NCBI RefSeq assembly: GCF_006345805.1
Contig: NC_042999.1
Location: forward strand, 137,640,001-137,704,000
Origin: Octopus sinensis
Lineage: Eukaryota
Direction of reading: 5' to 3'
Length of the DNA stretch: 64,000 nt
Of this stretch, positions 12,562 to 23,150 are shown piece by piece. The translations under genes and the position numbers were made by a program. The notes under the pieces were generated by a model. It did no database searches and was not told the origin of the DNA. It saw only the letters and a program-made list of their open reading frames with translations. Each line of letters starts with the position of its first letter. Positions within the stretch are counted from its first letter, which is position 1.

Positions 12562-13399
12562 AATCCAGTAACTTTATCATCTAACCAGCTACTCCATTAT
12601 GCTTGATATCCATGCCATTGAGCAGTATATGAATATACATTAATATAGCCCTTCCTATCCAAGATAACTGTCTCTATTAGTATCAGCTCATTAGCCTTAA
12701 CTAAATTGTTAGTTTCCTTTGTTCTATCTACACATTAATTATACTTGCTTCCTTAATTTTCCAAATTCATTCTCATAATATGTCAATAATACTATGTTCA
12801 GTTTAGTAAATAATATTTTTTAGCTTTTGTTCTTTTTTAACCCTTCTTAGTCTACAAAACTATATTTTACCTTAGATTTATATACATTTAATAAACATTA
12901 TTCTCATGTTTTTCCCTCATCTTAATCAGCCAGAATTTTCTATGATACTAGATTATAACCTCTAGTGTACAATACACTGTTCAAATGGTCTATTCTATGA
13001 ATAGAGAAATCTTTCATTGGTATAAAAGAATCTGTCAGCAAATACAGGCTTCAACTACCATCAACATTAACCACATTATCAACACCATTGAAATTGCTTG
13101 AACTATAAAAAAAAATTATTCTTTCTAATATTATATGTTCTCATCATTATTCTTTGCAATTCTCCCATTAATTATTTACATTTGAAATGAATCAATCAGA
13201 GTGTTACTGCCAGCAGCTATTGGAAACACTTATATTACTAAAGATAAAGCAGGATAAAAGTCTTGCAGGTGATGGGATGTTTTAATGGGTGGATGACAGT
13301 TTAGAAAAGTTATATAAATAGCCAGTTGTTTGAAAGTAAATATATCAAATAGTAAAAGTACTAGGTACCCATGAAGAGAGGTAAAATAATTGTGATGTT

Positions 13400-14050
13400 A
13401 TGAGCTGAGACAGCAAGTAAAGTGGGGAACAGAGGTGACAAGCTGTGTGTAGCTGTTATTCCTTTTCTTGGCATAAGCAGGTGTCGCCAATGTGCCAGGA
13501 GAGAGAGTGAAGAGCAAGGGAGAAAAAGGAAAAACATCTCCACACAAGGCAGTCTTTCCTTCTACTTCCTTTCTGCAGTGTAACCTACTGTCTCTTTCTC
13601 CTGTGGTTAAAGTAAGGATAAATTGTTTTACATCCAATTGCCTAATCCCTGCTACAAGCTATTCCAGCTCATAACTGTGTGAACATGTCAAACAAAGTGA
13701 AAATCTCTAGCAATGTGATAAGACCATTTAGTGATGAGGGAATTGTAGTTATACAGGTGAAGATGGTTAGTTTGGTCACAAAACTGCAGGGAGTTAGCAA
13801 TTTCACAAGTTTTATTATCTAGAGGGGATGGTGTTGAATGAATGAAGAAGCCTTGCTAGATGCAAGAAGAATAGAAGCCAGGTTAAAGGAAGCTTTTATT
13901 GAAAGAGCATCTGTGACCTGCAGCAGACAGGGAATAGTAAGATAGGCTGAGGAACTGGTGAATGTGTTTGCCAATGAAGTCAGATAAGCTGGACTGGTTG
14001 AATACACAGAAAGGCTGAAGAAGACAGTAAAGCTGGTGTTTGTGACTTAT
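13400..14050 (-). mobile_element. Old CR1/Jockey-group LINE fragment (tentative)
   Basis: GC content is raised over the flanks, and the minus strand has a PRKG..LSPL segment resembling the RT-upstream PKKG motif. It is heavily decayed. Confidence 0.35.
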
Positions 14051-14151
14051 TTCTATGATTACTTTTCAATAGAGCTACAATAGTATTGACTATAGCTATG
14101 AGAGATTTAGTGACCAACACTAAAATGCTAACAACAAAGGCACAAAATATT

Positions 14152-14351
14152 ATTTTCTATACTAGACACAAGGCCCAAAATTTTGTGGGAGGAGGCCAGT
14201 CGATTAGATCAACTCCAGTATGCAGCTGGTACTTGATTTATTAACCCCGAAAGGATGAAAGGCAAAGTTGACCTTGGTGAAATTTGAACTCAGAATGTAA
14301 CAACAGATGAAATACTGCTAAGCATTGTACCCAGTGTGCTCGCCACCTTAC
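14152..14351 (-). mobile_element. SINE with 15-bp target-site duplication
   Basis: It is homologous to the SINE at 27921-28139 (GGATGAAAGGCAAAGTTGACC..AATTTGAACTCAGAA) and is flanked by AAGGCACAAAATATT at 14137-14151 and 14352-14366. Confidence 0.85.
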
Positions 14352-14632
14352 AAGGCACAAAATATTGTGACAGTGGCTACAGTGGGGAAGAGTGAGATCA
14401 GACAGCAATCTAAGAACAGTGCAATCTTTCAAGGGGCAATGCTTCAGATGTATTGGGCTATCTGTATTGCAAAGTGAAGAAAAATAAGAGAAAAATAAGG
14501 CAGATGTCCTTACTAGGGTAAGGAAAGCCTAAGTGAGGTTGCCAGAGGATTTGGAGAAGACTGTGACTGTAGCATGCTGCTAGGGGTAACCTGGAGTTGA
14601 AGAAGAATCATGACATGAATTATATGGACATA

Positions 14633-15933
14633 CACTTGCGTCAGAAATTAATTAGCACTTCTCAAATTTCTACATTTTCTTACATTTTCTTAATTTAATT
14701 AACTTATTATCAGAAACGAACCCGTTTTTAATCAAAAATTTATTAAAACATATCCCAGCATACCACATAATAGTCAATATCTTGTTGCTCCTCCTTTGGC
14801 AGCAATGACAGCTGCTACGCGGGTCGGCATGCTGTCTATGAGCGCCTGCAGGTACTGTGCAGGGATAGCCCTCCATGCAGCAAGAAGTGCCCCAAACAGC
14901 TCGTGTCGGTTCCTGTATTGCTGCACATTCAAATCCCTACCCAATCGACTGCTGCACGGTCCATGTCTTGTGGGCACGGGCCCAGAGCAGCCGCCTCTTC
15001 CGGTTTTGGGCTGTAAGGAGCGGCTTACGGGCGGCCCTACAGGATTTTAGACCAGCTTCCAGTAATCTGGTCTTGACGGTGGTTGTAGACAACTGCTTCC
15101 CTGTCACCTTTTGCATCTCCTCCGCCAGTTGCCGGCTCGTTGCCCTTCGGTTGTTCAGCGACTTTCGGATCAGCATCCGGTCCTCCCGCTGGGTCGTCAG
15201 CCTCTTCTCCCCTACCCTTTTTGTCAGCTGCTGATCCGGTTTTTTCGTATTTCTTAAATAAGCACTGAATTGTGCGCCTGGCTACACCAAGTTTCTGGCT
15301 ATTGCAGCCTCCGACAGCTTCCCACGCCACGAGAGAGCCTCGTACCGTCTCTCCAAGGTCATGCGAGGTCTTGGGCCCATCTAGGAATGAACGATAAAAA
15401 CCAGTATCATTTCATTAAAACTATTCATTTGAATAATGTTATGCTATAACAAAACTACTATGAGTTATTATTCATTAAACAAAAAAGAAAGAAAGCAGAA
15501 TTTCTCACTTTATTTGATGTGTAACAGAAAGTTTTGTGAACCAGAAGTGACGTCACGAAGCAGAGTGTAGGAGAATTTGTGAGGAAAAAAAATCTTGCAA
15601 ATACACAAATCAATTAACCTACAAGCTGTTCAAAACATCTTACACGATGAGAAAACTTAGTACGGTGTGATTTCGGTCCTTGCAAGGCGCTACCTATATC
15701 TATTAAACAAAGGAAGATTTGTCTGCATCCGCACTCCAAGTTGTTGTTGCACTGCTATGTCAACATCATTAGGCTGTAGACTATCAAACCGCTCTGCAAA
15801 CAAAGTTACGTCATCGTTCTGCGCAACAGTGAACTCGCAACAAAGCAATAGTTCGAGATATGGCCACTAGGTGACAGCACATACCTTGAGTGAAGAGCAA
15901 ATCAAGGGTGCTAATTAATTTCTGACAGTAGTG
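14633..15933 (-). mobile_element. Tc1-family DNA transposon, internal-deletion derivative, TA TSD
   Basis: TIRs of about 26 bp: CACTTGCGTCAGAAATTAATTAGCAC at left, and the right end reverse-complements to CACTACTGTCAGAAATTAATTAGCAC. TA is present on both sides (14631-32, 15934-35). Confidence 0.92.
14774..15380 (-). pseudogene. Tc1 transposase lacking the DDE catalytic core
   Basis: MGPRPRMTLERRYEAL..IAR/KLGVARRTIQCLFKKYEKTGS..GRG/KRLTTQREDRMLIRKSLNNRRATSRQL..RLLEAGLKSCRAARKPLLTAQNRKRRLLWARAHKTWTVQQ joins directly to LGRDLN..LAAWRAIPAQYLQALIDSMPTRVAAVIAAKGGATRY*. There are two frameshifts in the HTH region. Confidence 0.92.
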
Positions 15934-17943
15934 TATACAGAACACTGCTTTTGACCAGAAAGATTGATCCAATGTCACAAATGAGTGTTCAGAAAGTGGT
16001 TAGAAGCTGAATGTGAATAAGAGAGAATATATTCAAATAAGAAACAATTGCAAGTAGTTGGTGGTGAATGTGACAAATTATTGCCCAATTCACTTCTGGC
16101 CTGGTTGAGCAACTATTTGGAGAGAAACTTGCAGAGAAACTGCAGTTGAAATTACTAGAATTAAAATAAGGACAAATTGTTTATCTTCTGTTTACCAATC
16201 CTGCTACAATAATGAATAACTGAAATCAATTTAAAGAAAAGAATAATAACTAAAACTGATGCAAAATCAATGATGGATCTAGTTTTTTTCATCCACAAAA
16301 TATGCATTTTTTAAAAGGAAGTATAAAATTTGAAATTCAGCTATAATAATGTAGCTTTCCAGTCTCATTTCCTTGAGGGTATGATGTTGTGGAGAAAAAA
16401 GATGGAAACAAAAGTTACAGAGGTTTAAAAATCACAAAAACTGGGTATTTTTAGCCAATAGCAAAACAGAAATTTTTTGCATTTAGTAAGCGGTGTCAAC
16501 TTTAAGGATGTACCCTGTGAAATTTATAGTTTAGCATCTGACCTGTTCATTGTAGGTTCCTAAATAAACATAAATACCTAATTTCATTATAGGTTTCTAA
16601 ATAAACAGAAATACCTAATAAAATCAACATGTATCATCTTACTGTTTCTTTTGTCTCTTCATTGATTGTATTTTTTTTTTGTCATTTTAAAAATTTGTTA
16701 TATTAATATATTTGTCTGCATGTGTTTACTTTATGCATATTTCAGTATTATGTATACCTGTCATGTATTTGTGCATGTGTGTGTGTGTGTGTGTGTGTGT
16801 GCATGAAAAGGGGGTGTCTGTCTCCAAAACTCCAAAGTTAAGTAACGTTTTCATGCTTGGGTTTGTAAACTACAATAAGAAAAACACTGGTCGACAAAGA
16901 ATTTGTCTCCAAAGAAAAGAATACCTGTATCTTATGTTTTCAAAAATAAGAATTCAAAAATAATGTCAAATTATCTGTATCACCCACAGTTTCTCTGTTC
17001 CACAATATCCCTCTCAGTTCCTGTTACATGGGCTAAATTTCAGTAAAGCTGTTGAAATGTGAAGCTAACGGTTTAAGAAATACTCCTAATTTAAATTTTT
17101 ATGAATAGAATTAACCTAGTGAAATCATAAATCCAGTTATCTGAGTCAATGAGTCCCAAAATATATGAAATGAAAAATATGTAAGAATACTAACACACAG
17201 AAAAAGCACAGAAAAATACTAACACACAGAAGCACAGAAAAACATGTAATATACTAACACACAGAAAAAATTAAAACAAAACATGTGGGTGAAAAGAATC
17301 TCAAGGTGTGAAGAATCAAGTGTGAAAAATCAACATAGACAACAGTGGCACAGACAAAAGTGAACCACAATTGTGAACACAACAATTGTCATGGTAACAA
17401 TTTGCTAATGCCACACTGTCTTATTGATTGGCTAAAATTACCCAAATTTTCCAACTTTAATTCATTAGATTCTTTAATTTATGAGATTTTTTGTAATTGA
17501 TCGTAAACAAAATTCAGAGTTACATCGATACACCAAAATTGAAAGGGATCTGAGCAAAATTAAGGGGAGTCTCATTTTGTGAATGAGAAAGCTAGATCCT
17601 CAATCATTTTCTCTCATAATAAAACATTAAAAAATAAGATGATATACTATTTCAAAATAGCTATTAAAACAAGCCAATAAGGGATCCTTAGCATGGTCAC
17701 TCAACTTGGTAGAAACTGCAGCCAACTTTCCCTCCAACTTATACTCTGTATTGAATAATGTAGCCTAGGGTACACTATCCTTGTCAAAACTAAAAAGGTG
17801 CAATACTTACAGATACCTTTGATTATAAATTTGCTCAGTAATGGCTAGCTTGGGGCTAAGCAACAACAAATACATATAGATTAGAAACATTAAAAAGATA
17901 AAAGATTTCAGGGAAATATTTAGGAGGTATCCAAGTTACTCAC

Positions 17944-18083
17944 AATAAACTTGTAAAAAGATAAGAGCATCTGAAGACTGAGAGCCACAATACTGCATTG
18001 CATTTCCAGGACATCTCTGATCACAACGAGAACTAGGTTTTTTATGATGTTTAGGGCTTTCAGGAGTAGCAAAACATTGTTTC
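17944..18083 (-). CDS. Exon of the multi-WSC-domain protein: C-terminal half of the first WSC domain
   Basis: Acceptor ttttttatctttttgattag| and donor T|gtgagt; 140 bp, phase 2 to 1. It encodes (G)KQCFATPESPKHHKKPSSRCDQRCPGNAMQYCGSQSSDALIFLQVY, matching the WSC pattern CxxxCPGNxxQxCG...VY. The phase fits the exon at 50285-50417. Confidence 0.9.
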
Positions 18084-18586
18084 CTAATCAAAAAGATAAA
18101 AAAATGTTTCTTTACTTAAACAGATATTAAAAGTTCAGTTTTAAATAAATGCTTCAAGGTGCTGTACTAGAAAAGAGTTAAAAAAAAGAAGATATAATAG
18201 TTTTGAGGGATAAGAGTACTAGATGAAATTAGTATACTAGCTTCTCTTGCTTTTATTATGAATTTGATTAACTGTTAGATGGAGTAAAATTTTAAGAATT
18301 CATGGTTTGAAAATATCAGAAAAGTGAAAAAAGAAAATTGTTTATTATTCCTACAAATTGTTAGATCTTTCATCTATTGTTATTTGAGGACAATATCAAC
18401 TTTAGTTAACAGTAGCTATTCTAAATGATGGCTATCACAATATTACATTACATCTTAAGGATATTATAAAGGTCAAAAATTCAATCATCAGTAACACGCA
18501 GAGTATCTAATATATAGTAGTAAGCTATTCTAGACTATAGGAAGAACATTCTTAACATATAATATATATATATATATATATAAGAA

Positions 18587-18702
18587 TTTTTTGCGTAATA
18601 AGATAAAAAACCAAGGCTGTATAGATATTAGAGCATTTATAGATATCTGTAAATGCTCTAATATCTATACAGCCTTGGTTTTTTATCTTATTACGCAAAA
18701 AA
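18587..18702. repeat. 116-bp near-perfect loopless palindrome
   Basis: The 58-bp arms TTTTTTGCGTAATAAGATAAAAAACCAAGGCTGTATAGATATTAGAGCATTTATAGAT|ATCTGTAAATGCTCTAATATCTATACAGCCTTGGTTTTTTATCTTATTACGCAAAAAA have one mismatch. The centre is at 18644/18645. Confidence 0.95.
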
Positions 18703-19045
18703 ATATTATATACACATGCTGACAACCAAATCTCAAACTATTTATGCGAAAGTATAGCTGAGGAGGTGCCCTCTTTAAAACTTAACAGTTTGCAATTTAG
18801 TTGAGAACTGAATTAGTGGTGAAACTTGGAAGCTGCTGAGATTGATGAAATGATGGACTTAAGAATATATTCAACCACTACCGTGGTTGAATGATATATA
18901 TATGTATGGCATTTTCCAAGTAATTGTTGTCACTGAAATGCCAACATCAAACTGAGACACTGCGTGACCTTTCTCAACCAATTGCAGGCTAACACCCAGT
19001 AATAAACAGTGACTTTCTCCTATTGACATCTCATTCTAATTCCAA

Positions 19046-19085
19046 TGGCTGAAGACAAACACCACGCGTGAAACTCGAAGTACCA
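19046..19085 (+). other. Degenerate minimal type-I hammerhead-ribozyme-like motif
   Basis: TGG-CTGAAGA-[caaacaccacgcgt]-GAAACT-CGA-AGTA-CCA. The core boxes are in type-I order, with stem I TGG/CCA, stem III ACT/AGT and a GUA triplet. Stem II does not pair properly. Confidence 0.4.
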
Positions 19086-19111
19086 AGGAATTTGAATCAA
19101 ACTGTTTGATC

Positions 19112-19158
<47 letters not shown>

Positions 19159-19480
19159 TATATACACCCACACACATCACTATATCAAACAGACTGTTAG
19201 ATGTTGTTATACAATGCACTTCCAATTCTTTTTTGATTGCAAACTTTTTTTCCCTCTTGGCCCAAATTGTTTAACTCAATCATCTAAATCATCTTTCCAT
19301 CATCATGGAGGTCTTCTGAGTAGCCTTTTCAGATCTCATATATATAAGATTATAATTAAACTGAGAAATAGATCAGAGCCAGTAGCAAATTGGTAATATG
19401 CTACTAGCAAAAGATGTGGATTTGATTCCAGTTTAGTTTTCCCTATTCCTTCTATCTACACTTCCACTTTCAATCAATAT

Positions 19481-19511
<31 letters not shown>

Positions 19512-20335
19512 TGAAGATGCATACATTATTAACAGATATTTTCTCTTTTTTGTATTTTTCCATTTATTTGAATATTTGCTGTTCAATCAACTAGAATGTT
19601 AATTGAAACAATACTAATGAACATATAAGTGCATGAAAGACAATAAACTGCCAAAACAATAAGAAATATCAAGAATGGTTTCAATATTATTCATATATGA
19701 AAGTATTACTATACAATTTGTTTATTTAGCTGTTTTTTCTTTTAGTCTTGTTTTGATTGTTGTAGATTGTCTTATAAATTTGCTGCAGCAAAGGGGTTTA
19801 AGATTAGAACAGTAGGTAACATGCAACTCCTTAGTGGGTTAAACCAGAAAGTTATTTATCTACATAAGAAGCTAGTTTGCTATCTTTTGTATAACCATGT
19901 AATTACTTTGCAAGAAAATGATGGATCTTCCATAAAATCTTATCTCAAAGCACATGGGAAAACTCATAAATGCTTTGTGCATTTAAAAATATGTTTATTA
20001 TCTAATTGCATCAGCAGTTTATGAACTAACAATATTCGTGGGTAATAAAATTAAAATAATTTTATTTCTAACTAAATTTATAAAATATGCTCTATCAAAA
20101 AAAAAATTTTGAACTATTTTGTATTAACGAAAAATTTTTTTTCCAAGCATTTCCTATACTTTTTAATGATTTGATAATCAAAAGGAACAGGCAGTTCTTA
20201 ATAACCTTAGCAAGCCTTCCAAAACTGGTATAATTGATATGGTTACTTTTCAGTTTGAACATCTTTAACCATTCCAACATCAACCTGCCTGAGATCACTC
20301 CTGGTTCAATGGTACAAAACAGTTTGTTTTAAAGT

Positions 20336-20377
<42 letters not shown>

Positions 20378-20379
<2 letters not shown>

Positions 20380-20422
20380 CTAGTTTCAGCTCAGAGCTGC
20401 GGCCATGCTGATGCACCACCGT
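20378..20422 (-). mobile_element. About 45-bp retroelement 3'-tail fragment inside a (TA)n tract
   Basis: The reverse complement GGTGGTGCATCAGCATGGCCGCAGCTCTGAGCTGAAACTAGAA resembles the SINE tail at about 61375-61405 (GATGCTCCAGCATGGCCACAG..GACTGAAACAAG). (TA)n lies on both sides. Confidence 0.55.
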
Positions 20423-21705
20423 TATATATATATATATTTAAGTCATGTGTCATAATTTTATAATAGAACCATTTGTTATGTAATGTTCTAAATGGCAGGT
20501 TAATAATGCAGAAAGTTTTTTCTTTTTCTTTTTTTCTTTCCCTAAAGCCCTTTGAAATCCTGGTTATTTAAAAAAATACTAAAACTGAAACATTGACAGT
20601 ATATCTCATTAAGTGCATGGCCAAGTTTATGTCTGTAGATGCTAGAAAGGAATTCCAGAGAAGTAACATTCTGGAAAGAAAAGATTGGGAACAGTATTTA
20701 GTAAGAACTTGGGGGTGTCAAGATTAAAAAAAAGTGATGACAGATGTGTCTCAGGTAGTCCTCTGTAGAAGTAGTATGTAATTTACTAGTTCTCAAAAGC
20801 AGAGGCTATTGAAGTAACAGTAGAATAGGTATAGTGTGGAGACAGGTATAGCTAGAGGTTACTATATTTTGCATGTCCTTCTTTTGAGTGTGTTCTAAGT
20901 TATTTGTATGTATAGCAGCAGCATCAACCCACATATAAGTGGTATTCCATTGTAAGTGTCACTTAAGCGTTACAAAGCTGTGATACTTTTTACAACTGTT
21001 TTGTTCTGGATTCAATATTTATTCCACATTAAATCCATTGCCATAAAAATTTTTACAAAACTTTTACCCATAAAATTTATCTAAATAATGGTAATCTTTC
21101 TCTTTAAGCCAAAGAATCTTTACATAGTTATTCAATATGTTAGAAACAGCAGCCAAAGTTCCTTCAATGTTATCAAATTAAAAAAGGAAATGCACATTGG
21201 ATTCTGTAATCCTAAATACACAGTACCAGGAAAAAAGATAAGCTGTACATGGTTAGAATGCCTTTGACCCAAGCTCTGCTGGATCAGTTATTATGGGGTT
21301 AAATACTAAAAACAACTGTTCTTGTGTTATTATAAGGAAGTAAACAATTTCTATTTTACTAATTCAGTAACATGTCTATTATTGTTTTGCCTGCACAGAT
21401 GTATTAGAAATAAGGATCTAGGAGTCAATCCTATCCCTATCTGTGTGGATATAGCTGGAGAAAATATTGACTGCGATTTAGAAACACAAAAAAACATATT
21501 TATACTTAATATAAAAAAAAAGATACATCAAGGTTCAAGCACAGCCATGTGGTTCAGAAGTTCACTTTATAGTCAGTAGCCTCTGGTTCAATTCCACTGT
21601 GCAACACCTCAGGCAGATATCTTCTACATTAGATGAACCAATGCTTTTGACCAGCATTTAGTACATATACATATACACTCACACACAATGTATTATGTAT
21701 GTATG

Positions 21706-22884
21706 CATCATCATCATCATCATCGTTTAACGTCCGTTTTCCACGCTAGCACGGGTTGGACGGTTTCGACGGGGGTCTGGGGAGCCAGGGGGCTGCCCCA
21801 GGCTCCAGTTGATCTGGCAGTTTGTTTCTACAGCTGGATGCCCTTCCTAACGCCAACCACTCCGCGAGTGTATAGTGGGTGCTTTTTACGTGCCACCTGC
21901 ACAGGTGCCAGAGGGGTCTGTGGTATCGGCCACGGTAAGTTGGTGCTTTGTATGTGCCACCTGCACAGAAGCCAGTAGGGCGGTGGGGGGTTGCTGGGTG
22001 CTGCTGCATCGGCCACGTCGGATGGTGCTTTTATGTGGGGGAGGGTGAGAAATATAGGGGAGCACCAGTGGGGAGGGGGTGTTCGGAGAAATGGAGTGAA
22101 CAGGGACAAGTTGAGTAGCCATGAGGACAGGTTCTTAGACAAGTAGAACGTAGGTTATGAATACGAGAGGAGGTGAATGGTGAAATAGCGTATTGAAGAG
22201 GGGGGTTCGAAGAGTAGAACCTATAATGGTGGTGGGAGAAGCGAAATCCGGTATAGATGGAGCAAAAATATAGAGATATCCGGTATTGGTGGTGGTGGTG
22301 GGGGTGGGCAAGGGCGGGTGCCAGGGAATATGCGAGGTGGAATATGCGAACTTGACGGGCTGGCTTAAAAATGCTCTTAGCAATGAAGGAAAGGGAAGGG
22401 AAAGGAAGAGGGGGGGAAGGCATACAACGAAAAAGAGGAGAGAGAGAGAGAGAGAGAGAGGAGAGAAGGGAATAGTGGAACCCGCGAAAATCCCGCGACC
22501 GCCATTGAAAAAGCCATTGAAAAAATCTGTATGAGAAACTCAAATATCTATTCTGTATTTAGCGAGACACGAGGCCGGAAAACCGATGGTCAAACAATAA
22601 CTAATAAATTATACAGAATATGCAATACCGAGGCGAAATAATAATAATACTAAAAACAAATTGTCGACTGGGGGTCAAAGGGATAATACTAATACTAATA
22701 ATAATAATAATAAACAGCTTAACCACTAGAGATCAGACAATCAGACAATTTGCATGAGAATATTACTGATGTACAGATTACGGGATGAATTAGATTAGAA
22801 AGATTTTCTTTATCTTGGGAACATTTGTTTTTCGGGCCTGACACGGCGAATATTGCGAAGGTTGAAATTTGACGGCTGGCTTAC
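21706..22884 (-). mobile_element. Young, CpG-rich, non-coding element ending in the RTE 3' tail
   Basis: It has a (GAT)n tail and RTE 3' UTR (GTTTAACGTCCGTTTTCCACGCTAGCACGGGTTGGACGG) with CpGs intact. About 850 bp of upstream sequence has no RT or endonuclease homology that I can see. Confidence 0.75.
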
Positions 22885-22885
22885 T

Positions 22886-22895
22886 TAAAAAAAAA

Positions 22896-22928
<33 letters not shown>

Positions 22929-23150
22929 ATATATATATAGTATATATATATATTATATATATATGTATATATTTAGTATCTATATATATATGTATGTATA
23001 TATATATATATGTATATATATATAATTGTATATATATGTATATATATATATGTATATATATGTATATATATGTATGGTATATATATATATATAGTATATA
23101 TATATATATATGTATATATATATGTATATATATATACATATGTATATACA
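22886..23150. repeat. Compound (TA)n/(TATATG)n microsatellite
   Basis: Directly visible, about 265 bp. Confidence 0.95.

Noticed and set aside
16975-17045. Minus-strand SPCNRN*EGYCGTEK resembling the WSC C-terminal half
   Set aside because: It has an in-frame stop, wrong Cys spacing and no open exon. The real exon is at 17944-18083.
22031-22543. 170-aa minus-strand ORF, the longest in the track
   Set aside because: It is low-complexity S/L/P/H sequence from a pyrimidine-rich strand of a repeat, with no domain motifs.
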